Assembly (NCBI GenBank): GCA_963662275.1
Contig: OY759316.1
Span: 3,648,001-3,712,000 of the forward strand
Length of the DNA stretch: 64,000 nt
Source of the DNA: Candidatus Cloacimonadales bacterium
GTDB taxonomy: Bacteria > Cloacimonadota > Cloacimonadia > Cloacimonadales > DAONDQ01
Reading direction: 5' to 3'
Shown here: in pieces, positions 52,201 through 63,154 of the stretch
How the letters are laid out: each line of letters starts with the position of its first letter
Numbering within the stretch: the first letter of the stretch is position 1
Position numbers and translations under genes: made by a program
The notes under the pieces: generated by a model
The model's database searches: none
The model's input: the letters and a program-made list of their open reading frames with translations, nothing else
Told to the model about the DNA's origin: nothing

Positions 52201-53814
52201 ATGAATAAATTATTTATCTTCATCTTCGCCTTCCTGCTCTTCACAGGAATTCTCTCCGCCACTAACCACCTTGATATTATGACCTCAATGCAAGGTTCGC
52301 ACAATCATGCCTCTTTTGGAGAAACTATGGCTACCCTGGATTTTAATCATGATGGGTATGATGATCTGGTTGTATGTTCCAGGGGATGGAAAAGTACTTA
52401 TCCTGCTCCTTTTGATAATCAAAAAGGCAAAGTTGATATCTATTTTGGAGGACCTAGTTTTAATAACATCCCGGATATTGTGATGGAAGGGCAGCATGAT
52501 TTTCAATACAAATCTGTTGTCAATATCGGTGATGTGAATGGAGATGGATTTGATGATTTATATATTGGTAGCGATGAGCCTACATCAAATCCGACTGAGT
52601 ATTATTTGAGGATTTATACGGGTAGTGACACTGTTCCGACTGAACCGGATATTATGATCCCATATTCATTGCCTACAGATCGTAATCTTTATAATGTAGT
52701 AAAATTGGGTGACATCAATGGTGATAATTATGATGATTTTGGATTTAATATCGAATCTTCAACTATTCCATTGGCATTGATATTTTATATAGTTTGGGGT
52801 AATATTCTTACAACTCAATACATAACAACTTCGTGCGCATGGAGTGAAGGATATTCGATAGGATTTAATGGCATAGGAGATATCAATGATGACGGTTATG
52901 GTGATTTCTCAATTGGTTATACTAACGAAGACCCGAACATAGGTTACCATCTTATCACTATCTACTTTGGAAACGCTAATTGGATTTTAACAGATAGCTT
53001 GGTTTTAACACTAACCCAGTCAGCTATTACAAAGAGTAGCACTCCATTGGGTGATTTCAATGGGGATGGAGTTGATGACTTTATGGGTTATGATTCAAGT
53101 GGCGGATTAAATATATTTTTTGGTTCGACAGAGACGGATACAATACCAGATTTATTTTTGAATCCTCCCTGGCAGGGAGGAGAAGGAGGACGATCTCTGA
53201 AATACGGCGATTTGAATAATGATGGTTTTGATGATGTTGTTGGCACAAATTATTATCTCGGGAAATTTCACATCTGGTTGGGGAGAACACATCCTAATGG
53301 TGATTCAGATCTGCTAATAGAGGCACCTTATATTCCAGCAAATCCTCTTGATTATTTCGGATACGGTTTAACGATGGGTGATTATAATGGAGATGGCTGC
53401 TGTGATATTGCCGCATCAGCACCGTTTACTGACTTTACAGGGAATGACTATCGGGGTTATGTGTATGTTTATGCAGGAAATACGGATTTAGCAGATACCA
53501 CAGTTGGTATTGATGATCCTGTTAGTCCAACTACTGCAAATCAGTTTACGATTAGCCTTAGTCCAAATCCTGCTAGAATGGGAGATCATTATGTAAAAAT
53601 CAACCTGAATGACCCAGATTATGCTGTTAAGAGTCCGATTGACATTAATATTTTCAACATTAGGGGACAACGTGTGCTGCAAACACATTTCAATATAAAC
53701 CAGGTATCTGATTCATACCAGCTTGATATTAGTAAAATGACAAGCGGTATCTATCTCTGCCAGGTAAAAAAAGGAAACAGAATAGAAGTAAAGAAAATTT
53801 CTATCATTAAATAG
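52201..53814 (+). CDS. FG-GAP secreted protein A5
   Basis: Start MNKLFIF; same layout as A1. Confidence 0.9.
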   Translation: MNKLFIFIFAFLLFTGILSATNHLDIMTSMQGSHNHASFGETMATLDFNHDGYDDLVVCSRGWKSTYPAPFDNQKGKVDIYFGGPSFNNIPDIVMEGQHDFQYKSVVNIGDVNGDGFDDLYIGSDEPTSNPTEYYLRIYTGSDTVPTEPDIMIPYSLPTDRNLYNVVKLGDINGDNYDDFGFNIESSTIPLALIFYIVWGNILTTQYITTSCAWSEGYSIGFNGIGDINDDGYGDFSIGYTNEDPNIGYHLITIYFGNANWILTDSLVLTLTQSAITKSSTPLGDFNGDGVDDFMGYDSSGGLNIFFGSTETDTIPDLFLNPPWQGGEGGRSLKYGDLNNDGFDDVVGTNYYLGKFHIWLGRTHPNGDSDLLIEAPYIPANPLDYFGYGLTMGDYNGDGCCDIAASAPFTDFTGNDYRGYVYVYAGNTDLADTTVGIDDPVSPTTANQFTISLSPNPARMGDHYVKINLNDPDYAVKSPIDINIFNIRGQRVLQTHFNINQVSDSYQLDISKMTSGIYLCQVKKGNRIEVKKISIIK

Positions 53815-53822
53815 GAGGTCAT

Positions 53823-56800
53823 ATGAAACAAGTTCTATGGTTCTTTCTAATTATATCTATCTTTATTCCAGTCTATGCAAAACATTCAGATGCTTTTCTG
53901 AATGGTGTATTTTCACTTTATGATTTGAGATACTCAGGTGATGAAAGTGATACTAGAGCAAAATTCGATCTTCTAGGACACTATCTTCATGAAGCTGGAT
54001 TTAACGCTACAACTTATTCTCTGATATTGGATGGCGACTTTGATAAACTTGATGATCTTCTACCAGCTTTAGACAGAGATAGTATCGATGCTATTCATTA
54101 CGATTTGACATGGAGCGATGCCATTTTGAATCGTACCCCCGAAATAGGTGTAGCATCTTTATCCTGTGGTAATTATCTGCATATGGAAAGTGAATATATG
54201 CTACATTGGACACCACCAGTTCCACCAAATACTCAAGGTTTTTTCGACCCGGATATTTTACCTGAATATGACGATTCAGACAATGATAAAATGAATTATG
54301 TATTTCAGCATGATACAGGTCATAGAGTTTATGAGGAAGGAGTTTATTCAAATGAAAGGGCTTGGGTATGTGATCCAGCATTATTACATAATGCTGGACT
54401 AGCATTGTATTGTCCCCGTTTTCGATGGAGTACAGGATCAACCGCTCTTTCGAGATATATTTCTAATGATTTTAAGTTTCTGAAATCTGCTGATGCACAT
54501 CCTGAAAATGAGAACAAGCTCTATCTCAGAGTTGCATTAAAATGGACGGAAGGAGCAACAAACGTTCCTGTTGCTACGATTAAACTGAAAGTCTTGAAAA
54601 AAACATATATTGACCATTTAGGTATAAATCCTTCTTTTGATACTGTTAATACTGGAGACTATGACGTAAATGATCAAGATTTGTATCAAAAACTAGTCTT
54701 AATTCCTGAATCATCATCATATACAGAGGAACTATTTTCAAATGATCTTAACGATGCTCCTGTAGATGAATTTGGTCATAGGTTTCATATCTTTGAATAT
54801 ACTGTCAGCTTACCTCCCAATTCAGGGTCTTTTAACAGTATTGATCCGGAAATATACTGGGAAGGGCATACAAAACTCTATATAGATTATATTGAACTGG
54901 AAGATGAACTTCATCATCAGATGATGATTGATAATTCTGAATTCCTAACACGCCTGCAACGCAGATTAGATAACATTGATGGACTTGGTTTTGATAACAT
55001 TGCATATTATTATACTGCTGATGAACCTTATCAAGGATCATTCGATACCTATAAGAAATTGCAAACCTATATGTCCGAAAGGCATAAGAAAATAATCACT
55101 GCAAATTACGAACCGTCGATAGATAAAGCAACTGTCAAACCTAATTCTCTGAATTTGCCTTCATATTATCATCCTGGATTGTTCTTAGAATCTGCTTCCC
55201 CGGAAAGGATTATGGTCGATTATTACCCTTTAATAGAAAGAGGTGATCTAATTGACTGGAATTCGAATAATGGATCTAATGGTATTCAAAATAAAATCGG
55301 AAGTCTGTTACTTAATCCATATCATAGAATTTCGCAACTAGTTCATGGGAACAATGACTACTCAAATACAGAATTGCTATTTGTTCCTCAGATTTATGGA
55401 GAAAAAAATGCTTCAACGGGTTCGTGGTCTCACATATATCCACCCCGTAGTATGATGAAATGTCTTCAAATGCTGCCTTTATGTTATGGTGTGGATGGTA
55501 TTGTTAGTTTTGAAATTGCCTCAAATCCTAACACTACAATTAGTGGTTTAAATTGGATTGCACCCTTGGAATACGAGACCTATCCAAGCACGGTTAATGG
55601 AGAGAATAGATATAATAACTTACAGGTTGCACCCGGAAGCGGTTATCAGATGCTAACCGAGGCTAATAGTAAAATTAATATTTATGGTCCGATTATTAAA
55701 GATCTGCATTGGGTAGATGCGGACGCAATTATGACAGATAACGCACATCAGAATGTTGATATTAATGATATGGGCTTAACAAGCCTTATTGTTTGTAACT
55801 ATCTACAGTCAAATCCCCCTCATAATCCAGATTATGAAGGATATGTGCAATGCGGATATTACAATGATAATGCAAATAATCCATCATTTATGCTGGTTAA
55901 TCGTAGAGCAGTTTACAGAAGTGATAATCTGAACACTTCAGTCGGTATTAATGTTGATGCTTCATTTACAAATGCTCCTAATCAGACAGTGCAATTTACT
56001 TTCACTACCGATGCTGTCGCCCACTATGGAGGCAGGTTGGGGCTCTATGATCCCTATTCCCATGATCTGCAGGTTATGAATCCGAATCGGGTTGTCGATT
56101 GTACAATAGATGCAGGAGATGGAAGCCTGAGACAAGTCGTGGCTGTCCTGCAGCCAAATGTTACCGCCAATTATTCAGAGGACAGTGATGTCTTTGTTAC
56201 CGGGGATGTACATATTCAAAATGGCGCAGAGGTAACGATACATCCGGGGAGAACGTTAAATATTCTCAATCACAGCAGGATTTATGTGCAAAACGGTTCA
56301 ACTCTCAATATCGCAGGAAATCACTTTCGTAAGTCAAAACTCATCGCAGACCTGGCGGGAAAGATTTATGTCAGCCAGGGTGGTGCATTAGTAATTCAGG
56401 ATACTGAATGTGATATGAGTGATTCGACATTTATCAGCTTAATCGGTGGTGAATTATCGATCAATAATTCCCAATTTAACTTGAAATGCGGTGGTAACTG
56501 GAAGGGGATCACAAGTAACGGCAGTCATATAAATATATCTTCCAGCACTATATATAAGGCGGAAAAAGCATTTTCCCTGAATGGATCAAGCTTCGCAATG
56601 GAGAATACGGATATCTATATTCCTACAAATGGAACCGGAATTGAGATAACCAATCGCCATTCTTCAGACGAGATTATCCTTTCCGGTCTTGAAGAATATG
56701 AAAATCATATTCAAGGACAAAGAGAAACAACTAGAACGACCGGGATTTCGATGAAAAGTATGGAAAATCCTCTGTGCTGTGCATGGACAGTATTCTCGAA

Positions 56801-58379
56801 CTTAACTACGGGTATTGAATACAGTTTATCCGCAGATAAAGCGGATTCAGTTACAGCATGTAGCTTTACGGGCTGTAGAACTGGTATCTTTATAACCGGA
56901 ACCGGCGGACTGGCAAAAATCAGGCAATGCAATTTCACGATTAGCAACCAGGGATTGGGTATTGACACACATGTATATATTCCCCTGGTTGATGCATGTG
57001 ACTTTGAAAGCCCGACTTCTTCCAATAATACCGGTATCTACCTCGATAACGTCCAAACGATATCGGGTCAGCGGGGAAAAGAAAATATCAGGAACTGCAC
57101 ATTCACAGCTTTAAAACGCGCTATTGAAAGTCGCGGTTCTCAGGCAAGACTGGAAGCGAATTATTTAAATTGTAATGAATCAGGGATTGTCAGTCATCAG
57201 AATTCACTTATTGATTGCAGTTACGATGCATCAAATGTTTTTAATAATATATGGCAGAATGTCTATTTTTATGCTGATTCCACCTATGCAAATGCTACCT
57301 ATTGTTCAACAATCGAAATGCTGAATGGGCATAATGATTTTATTCATGCCGGCGCATGTTATGACTTCCGTTTTAGTACAAACTATGATTATCATGGTCT
57401 TGATAGAGGTCATATCAGGGCGTCCGGTAATTATTGGTCATTAAGTCCAATTCTTGGACCTGATGATAATGCGGTTGTTTATCCTCCGGAACATCATGAT
57501 GTGATAGATGTGGGTAATTGCGATCCCGCCCCTAATATGTTAACTGCTTTTGCGACACCTAGTTCAAGATATGAACAGGCTTTAGCTTTTGAAGATGCGA
57601 ATGATTGTACCGCTGCATTTTTGCTATACAAACAGATTTTAAGTGAAAGATTGCCTGATGAAAAAGCTTTCTGGGATTTATGCATCCCAAGCATCTTCAA
57701 AATTGCAAAACAGGCAAATCTCAACCTTGATGAATTAATCGCTTATTATGATTTGGAAATTTCTGCAACTTCACCGGAAGATTCAATAGGATTGATTCGC
57801 CTGATGAAAGCTTACCAGGCAAATACATACCTGGCACAGAAGGATTATCAGGCAGCTAGTGATATAATCAAGGAAAGAATTGCTAATCCTATATCGGAAG
57901 CGGATTCCCTAGAAGCAGTTATGGATATGGAAATTGTGTATATCCTGCGTGATTTGGATGAGTCAAAAAGACCTCTGATCACAAGTTTTTCCCAGTATCA
58001 TTATCCTGATCTTCAGACGTACAAGGTTAAGCATGAAGAAAACCGGTTAAAGCTGGATGCTCTCTACGATATACAGGAAGAAACGCCATCCTCTATCCCG
58101 ACGGCTGTATATTTGAGCAGGAATTATCCGAATCCGTTCAATCCCACGACCACGATAGAATTTGGAGTACCTAAAGCAGCGAAGGTATCGATCAGGATTT
58201 ACAATATCCGTGGGCAGCTTGTGAAAGAGCTGGTGAATCAGAAATATGAACCGGGTAAATTCAAAGTCGTATGGGAAGGAAAAAATTCATTTGGCAAACC
58301 TGTAGCAACAGGTGTGTATTTCTATCGCCTGGAGGCAGGAGGAAAGTGCTTTACTCATAAGATGCTGATGCTGAAATAG
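53823..58379 (+). CDS. Giant secreted protein: unknown N-terminal region, beta-helix-like repeats, helical segment, FlgD/T9SS-A-like CTD
   Basis: Signal peptide; C.F....TGI repeats; RNYPNPFNPTT..ATGVYFYRL; starts 8 nt after A5 with AGGAGG. Confidence 0.75.
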   Translation: MKQVLWFFLIISIFIPVYAKHSDAFLNGVFSLYDLRYSGDESDTRAKFDLLGHYLHEAGFNATTYSLILDGDFDKLDDLLPALDRDSIDAIHYDLTWSDAILNRTPEIGVASLSCGNYLHMESEYMLHWTPPVPPNTQGFFDPDILPEYDDSDNDKMNYVFQHDTGHRVYEEGVYSNERAWVCDPALLHNAGLALYCPRFRWSTGSTALSRYISNDFKFLKSADAHPENENKLYLRVALKWTEGATNVPVATIKLKVLKKTYIDHLGINPSFDTVNTGDYDVNDQDLYQKLVLIPESSSYTEELFSNDLNDAPVDEFGHRFHIFEYTVSLPPNSGSFNSIDPEIYWEGHTKLYIDYIELEDELHHQMMIDNSEFLTRLQRRLDNIDGLGFDNIAYYYTADEPYQGSFDTYKKLQTYMSERHKKIITANYEPSIDKATVKPNSLNLPSYYHPGLFLESASPERIMVDYYPLIERGDLIDWNSNNGSNGIQNKIGSLLLNPYHRISQLVHGNNDYSNTELLFVPQIYGEKNASTGSWSHIYPPRSMMKCLQMLPLCYGVDGIVSFEIASNPNTTISGLNWIAPLEYETYPSTVNGENRYNNLQVAPGSGYQMLTEANSKINIYGPIIKDLHWVDADAIMTDNAHQNVDINDMGLTSLIVCNYLQSNPPHNPDYEGYVQCGYYNDNANNPSFMLVNRRAVYRSDNLNTSVGINVDASFTNAPNQTVQFTFTTDAVAHYGGRLGLYDPYSHDLQVMNPNRVVDCTIDAGDGSLRQVVAVLQPNVTANYSEDSDVFVTGDVHIQNGAEVTIHPGRTLNILNHSRIYVQNGSTLNIAGNHFRKSKLIADLAGKIYVSQGGALVIQDTECDMSDSTFISLIGGELSINNSQFNLKCGGNWKGITSNGSHINISSSTIYKAEKAFSLNGSSFAMENTDIYIPTNGTGIEITNRHSSDEIILSGLEEYENHIQGQRETTRTTGISMKSMENPLCCAWTVFSNLTTGIEYSLSADKADSVTACSFTGCRTGIFITGTGGLAKIRQCNFTISNQGLGIDTHVYIPLVDACDFESPTSSNNTGIYLDNVQTISGQRGKENIRNCTFTALKRAIESRGSQARLEANYLNCNESGIVSHQNSLIDCSYDASNVFNNIWQNVYFYADSTYANATYCSTIEMLNGHNDFIHAGACYDFRFSTNYDYHGLDRGHIRASGNYWSLSPILGPDDNAVVYPPEHHDVIDVGNCDPAPNMLTAFATPSSRYEQALAFEDANDCTAAFLLYKQILSERLPDEKAFWDLCIPSIFKIAKQANLNLDELIAYYDLEISATSPEDSIGLIRLMKAYQANTYLAQKDYQAASDIIKERIANPISEADSLEAVMDMEIVYILRDLDESKRPLITSFSQYHYPDLQTYKVKHEENRLKLDALYDIQEETPSSIPTAVYLSRNYPNPFNPTTTIEFGVPKAAKVSIRIYNIRGQLVKELVNQKYEPGKFKVVWEGKNSFGKPVATGVYFYRLEAGGKCFTHKMLMLK

Positions 58380-58484
58380 CCGGGCAGAAGATTCTAGAGG
58401 TTAGTGGCTAGATGCTAGAAACGAATAGCTTAGAGCCTCTATTATTACTCTAGAATAATACATGAAGAATATGTTTTAATTGTA

Positions 58485-58560
58485 ACTATATCTGTGCTGC
58501 ATACCTGCTTCTCACAGCAGGAATGCAGTACGTATGCAGTTGTATATAGTTCGTATGAAT
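58485..58560. repeat. Second 11-bp periodic palindromic element
   Basis: ctatatctgtg/ctgcatacctg ... caggaatgcag/tacgtatgcag/ttgtatatag. Confidence 0.5.
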
Positions 58561-58570
58561 GAAGTGCATT

Positions 58571-58607
58571 AAAAAGAGATGCTCAAGCAGGGCATCTCTT
58601 TTTTATT
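58571..58607 (+). terminator. Intrinsic terminator
   Basis: aaaaagagatgc-tcaagcagg-gcatctctttttt. Confidence 0.75.
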
Positions 58608-58855
58608 GAATAAGTAATTCATATTCTGAGAAGAGCAATCTGGTCATTGGCAAAAATACTTCTTGACTAATAAGTAACCATGTTGACACAATACAATACA
58701 TAGTTGACAATCCATATTTTGTTGTATATATTTATTAATGAACTTGTATTAACACATGAAATAGATGTGCATCAAGGATACACATTCTCGTTAGAACACA
58801 TGAAAATATGCCAGGGCTGGGGAGTTTACAGCATATTTTTCCACAGGGGTTTGAT

Positions 58856-61800
58856 ATGATCAAAAAGATTGAACAGGCACTTACACAATTTGTGGCAGAA
58901 AAACTTCAACTGGTGGAACGGATTGTTGATCGTCAGCGGGAGAAGAAGAGTCACCTCATTGAGATATTAGGTCCATCCGGAACCGGAAAGTCGTACATAT
59001 TCAAACAACTATGCCTTTCCCTTGAAGAAACAGGAGTACCCTACACCGTAGTTTTACCCAGGGTTTTTGTTTTCAACCAGCTTGATGAACTTGTGAAACT
59101 GCTTTTTAAAATCACGGATGCGGAGTATGACGGAATTATTGAAAATTCCCGCCAGTTCAGCACAGGCAGAAAATATGATTTCTTCTATTATCTGACTGAG
59201 ACCCTGAACAAGAAAAAAGCCTTTCAGCCGATCACGGTGCTTATAGATGACTGTAATAAGATGGATGCCTATACCCTGGACTTTCTTCAATATGTCGTAC
59301 AGTATGCACCTGATAATGGATTACATATTATTGTTTTCGCCAAAGATAAGGTTTTTACTTTTTCGGATATAGAGCAGCTTGAGTATCTCAAAACAGAAGA
59401 CATCCGCAAGATATTAACCATACTTTATCCGGAGGCAGGTAGCGAATTTACATCAGAAGGTGATATTCTCAAGAATATAACAGATGGAAACCTGTTCATT
59501 CTAGAGTATATTTTTAATGATATGCTATCCCATTCAAAATCCAAGCAGGTGGATCTTAGCCCTTACATAGAGAAGCGATACAATGACCAGGAAATCTACA
59601 AGCAGAAGTTTAAAACGCTCAGTAAGCTGCAGCAGGATTTGATGCAATGGATATATCTGCTGGATGGTCGGGCAACTGTGGAAATTCTTTCGCTGTTCAT
59701 AAAATCCAAGAAACTGGGAAAAGAACTCCTGGAATTGGAAGAGCAAAATTATGTACTTCGTTATGCAAAACTCTATGGTGTTAAAAAAATAAAAGCCTTC
59801 CAGGAAGAATGGAATAACCTGGATGACATCGTTTGTAAGGATATGCTGACGACTATTGTTCAATACTTCACGAAACAGAAGGAAACCTTTCTTCAGCTTG
59901 GCATGTACTATATCGCTTTGAATGAACTAGCTCCTGAACCATTTCTCAAGATCGTTGATTACCTGGATCTAATCAATGATCACCAGAATTTGGAAAAGAT
60001 ATACCTGTTCCAACTCAATCATCAGATAAAACCTTCTGAACAGCTTTATTATTTAATGCAAATCGGTAAAACCTACAAGAATATGAATGATAAGGAACAT
60101 GCAGCAGAACAATTCAGGCAGTGTCTGCAAATCTGTACTGAAAATGGTATTCCGGCTGAAGAGACAATCTATCAGTTAGCAGATAGCCTGTTTGCGATTA
60201 ATTCAACGAATTTTGCTTTGGAAATTATCAAAAAATATACTCCTCAAACAATCAGTAATTACTGGCGTGCCAGGATTCTCCTTTTAAAAGCTGAAATACT
60301 CATGGAAGTGGAAAGTTATAATGAATCTGTTTCCTGCCTGGATGATGCCACAGAAGCAATCGCCCATGTGGATGATAAGGATAAGAGATATAAACTGCAA
60401 GCGGATACCAGGAAACTGAAGGGGAAGATATTCTATTACAATAATGAATGGGATCAGGCAGCGGTAGCATTCCGGGATGCTGAATCATTATATAAACTGG
60501 AAAATGATTTCACGGGTATGGCAGCTATCTATAATAATCTTGGAGCCATCTTCATGTTACAGGGAGAATGGGAACAATCAGAACAAATGCTCCAACGCAG
60601 TTTAGAGTTAGAACAGCAGCGTTTTAACCTGAACGGTATATCTGTCTGTTATAATAATTTGGGCAGCCTGATGGATGACAAGGGAGATCGTGAACGTTCT
60701 ATTTATTACCTGGAAGAAGCACTGAAACTCCAAAGGCTGTTGAATGAACCGTATAATATCGCCAATATTCATAATAATATCGGCATCACTTACATGGATG
60801 CCAATGAATTTGACAAGGCAGAGGATGCATTCAGGCATTCCCTGGAAATTGCCTTAGCTTATGGATTTTATAAAAATATCATCGCTACTCTCAATAGCTT
60901 TGGGGCACTATATTTTAAGAAAGGTGACTGGAACAAGGCGATCGATTATTATGATCGAGCCATTGAAAAATCCAAAGAGAAAGATTTTATCGAAGGTTTA
61001 CTAAAATCTTATAATAACCTGGGTGAATTATACGAAAAAAGAGGAGAGCTGAATCTCGCATATGATCTGTATTTTAAGGGAAGAGAACTGCTTCCTCAAA
61101 TCAGTAATGACTTTATCAAAGCTGAGTTGTATGGAAATATGGGGTCTGTGCTCACCAAGCTTCATAAATTCAGTGAAGCTTATTCGAATCTGATGGAGAG
61201 CTTTGATTTCTTTAAAGCTCTCAATGCCAAGGATAAGATTATTGAAGGCTGTCAGAAGCAGGCATACTATTTTATTCTCACCCGCAACTATGAAAGCGCA
61301 GATTATTACCTCAATAGTGCCGTTAAAATAGCCAAGGAACTGAATAATCCCTTTGAATTGGGAAAGACTTATTATTTACGGGCATTGCTGGAGCATAAAA
61401 ATATTGAATTGGCACGTAAACAACTGGAAGATGCTATCTCAATATTCCTAGAGACTAAAAACTTCTATGAACTGGCATATGCTAATTACGAATATGCTAA
61501 TGTTCTTTACGAAAGCAAGGAATGGGAACAGGCACTCCAAATTCTCAAAAATAATCGTAAGACTATCCAGCAATTTGGAGCAATCAAACTCCTGGAGCAG
61601 AATGATATTCTCATGCAGAAGATTTCTAAGGAATATGCAAGTGATTTGAAGGAATCGAAATTCCAGGAGAACCTGCTGAATAAATTCTACGAGATTACGC
61701 AAAACCTGAATTCAATCTCGGACTTGGATGTGCTGATAGAATCTTCCCTAGGCAGTTTATGTGAGATTTCGGAGGCAGATGGTGGTATTCTCTGTCTTTA

Positions 61801-63139
61801 TAATAGTGTGACCGTCCCCGAATCATGGGAATATAAGATCTATAATAATTTCAGTCATGATGATAAATACTATGATACAATGATGGATTTGATCCAGGAT
61901 ACATTCCAGACTTCTGAACCCAAGAATGTCAAGCAACCGCACTTTGCTACGCAATTTAATCATATCGTTGCTTTTCCCCTGACCATCAGGAATAAAGCAC
62001 AAGGTGTCGTATTGCTTTTCAGTAAACACGGTTCGCATTATTTCCCTGAACGGGTAGTCAATCTCATCAGTGCGCTAAGCAATCAAATCATCGTCATTAT
62101 TGAAAATATACGTTCAACTAACCTGGAAAAATCACATGCTATCCTACGTGAGCAACTGAATACATCGAACTCCTTCTCCAATATTATTGGTAAAAGTCCT
62201 AAGATGCTGGCTATCTTTGCGATGATCGAAAAAATCAAGGATACACCGACAACCATTTTGCTGGAAGGACCCAGCGGTACTGGAAAAGAACTCATTGCCC
62301 GTGCGTTGCATTACAGCAGTAATCGAAGGAATAAGGCATTTGTGGCGCAGTACTGCGGAGCCTTGCCTGAATCCCTGCTGGAAAGCGAACTATTTGGACA
62401 TGTGAAAGGTTCTTTCACGGGTGCAGCCTATGATAAAAAAGGCTTATTTGAAATTGCGGACGGAGGTACTTTCTTCCTGGATGAAATTGCGGATATTAGT
62501 CTTTCCACGCAGGCAAAGCTATTACGTTTCCTGCAGGAAGGGGAAATTAAACGAGTTGGTGCGACAAAAACAGAGAAAGTGGATGTTCGTGTCGTTTGTG
62601 CAACGAATATAACATTGCTGGATCGGGTGAAGAAAGGTGAATTCAGGCTCGATTTGTATTACCGGCTAAATGTAATTCGACTTGATGTTCCATCGCTCAA
62701 AGAAAGAAAGATGGATATTCCACTATTGGCAATTCATTTCCTGGATAAGTTCAACAAGAGAATGAACAAGGATGTCAGCGGGATTACAGATGAAACGATG
62801 AAGTGCCTATCTAATTATGAATGGCCTGGCAATGTACGACAACTGGAAAATGAAATTGAACGGGCGACAACATTGGCAGATAATAATAGCTTTATTAAGC
62901 CTTCCGATCTTTCGGAAGAAGTCTATAAATATGCAGAACACACCCAGGCAATAAATCTTCTATCAAAGAAAGTAAATCTGAAGGATGCCGTGGAGAGCTT
63001 GGAAAAGATCATGATCCAAAAAGCATTAGAAGATAGCAATTGGAATCAGACGCAATGCGCTAAAGATTTGGGTCTTAGCCGACAAGGCTTGATCAAGAAA
63101 ATGAAGCGCTACAATTTGTTCAGGGAAGAAGACGAATAA
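58856..63139 (+). CDS. Sigma54-dependent enhancer-binding protein: N-terminal P-loop, TPR array, GAF, AAA+, Fis HTH
   Basis: GPSGTGKS and VLIDD at N-term; many YNNLG TPRs; GPSGTGKE, ESELFG, GSFTGA, FLDEI, WPGNVRQL; start probably MIKKIE. Confidence 0.88.
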   Translation: MIKKIEQALTQFVAEKLQLVERIVDRQREKKSHLIEILGPSGTGKSYIFKQLCLSLEETGVPYTVVLPRVFVFNQLDELVKLLFKITDAEYDGIIENSRQFSTGRKYDFFYYLTETLNKKKAFQPITVLIDDCNKMDAYTLDFLQYVVQYAPDNGLHIIVFAKDKVFTFSDIEQLEYLKTEDIRKILTILYPEAGSEFTSEGDILKNITDGNLFILEYIFNDMLSHSKSKQVDLSPYIEKRYNDQEIYKQKFKTLSKLQQDLMQWIYLLDGRATVEILSLFIKSKKLGKELLELEEQNYVLRYAKLYGVKKIKAFQEEWNNLDDIVCKDMLTTIVQYFTKQKETFLQLGMYYIALNELAPEPFLKIVDYLDLINDHQNLEKIYLFQLNHQIKPSEQLYYLMQIGKTYKNMNDKEHAAEQFRQCLQICTENGIPAEETIYQLADSLFAINSTNFALEIIKKYTPQTISNYWRARILLLKAEILMEVESYNESVSCLDDATEAIAHVDDKDKRYKLQADTRKLKGKIFYYNNEWDQAAVAFRDAESLYKLENDFTGMAAIYNNLGAIFMLQGEWEQSEQMLQRSLELEQQRFNLNGISVCYNNLGSLMDDKGDRERSIYYLEEALKLQRLLNEPYNIANIHNNIGITYMDANEFDKAEDAFRHSLEIALAYGFYKNIIATLNSFGALYFKKGDWNKAIDYYDRAIEKSKEKDFIEGLLKSYNNLGELYEKRGELNLAYDLYFKGRELLPQISNDFIKAELYGNMGSVLTKLHKFSEAYSNLMESFDFFKALNAKDKIIEGCQKQAYYFILTRNYESADYYLNSAVKIAKELNNPFELGKTYYLRALLEHKNIELARKQLEDAISIFLETKNFYELAYANYEYANVLYESKEWEQALQILKNNRKTIQQFGAIKLLEQNDILMQKISKEYASDLKESKFQENLLNKFYEITQNLNSISDLDVLIESSLGSLCEISEADGGILCLYNSVTVPESWEYKIYNNFSHDDKYYDTMMDLIQDTFQTSEPKNVKQPHFATQFNHIVAFPLTIRNKAQGVVLLFSKHGSHYFPERVVNLISALSNQIIVIIENIRSTNLEKSHAILREQLNTSNSFSNIIGKSPKMLAIFAMIEKIKDTPTTILLEGPSGTGKELIARALHYSSNRRNKAFVAQYCGALPESLLESELFGHVKGSFTGAAYDKKGLFEIADGGTFFLDEIADISLSTQAKLLRFLQEGEIKRVGATKTEKVDVRVVCATNITLLDRVKKGEFRLDLYYRLNVIRLDVPSLKERKMDIPLLAIHFLDKFNKRMNKDVSGITDETMKCLSNYEWPGNVRQLENEIERATTLADNNSFIKPSDLSEEVYKYAEHTQAINLLSKKVNLKDAVESLEKIMIQKALEDSNWNQTQCAKDLGLSRQGLIKKMKRYNLFREEDE

Positions 63140-63154
63140 ATACAGAGGGCTGCT

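Noticed and set aside
41595..53814. Diversity-generating retroelement acting on the FG-GAP array
   Set aside because: Differences between copies are not adenine-restricted, include indels and span whole genes; the only RT is a typical group II intron protein with flanking ribozyme domains.
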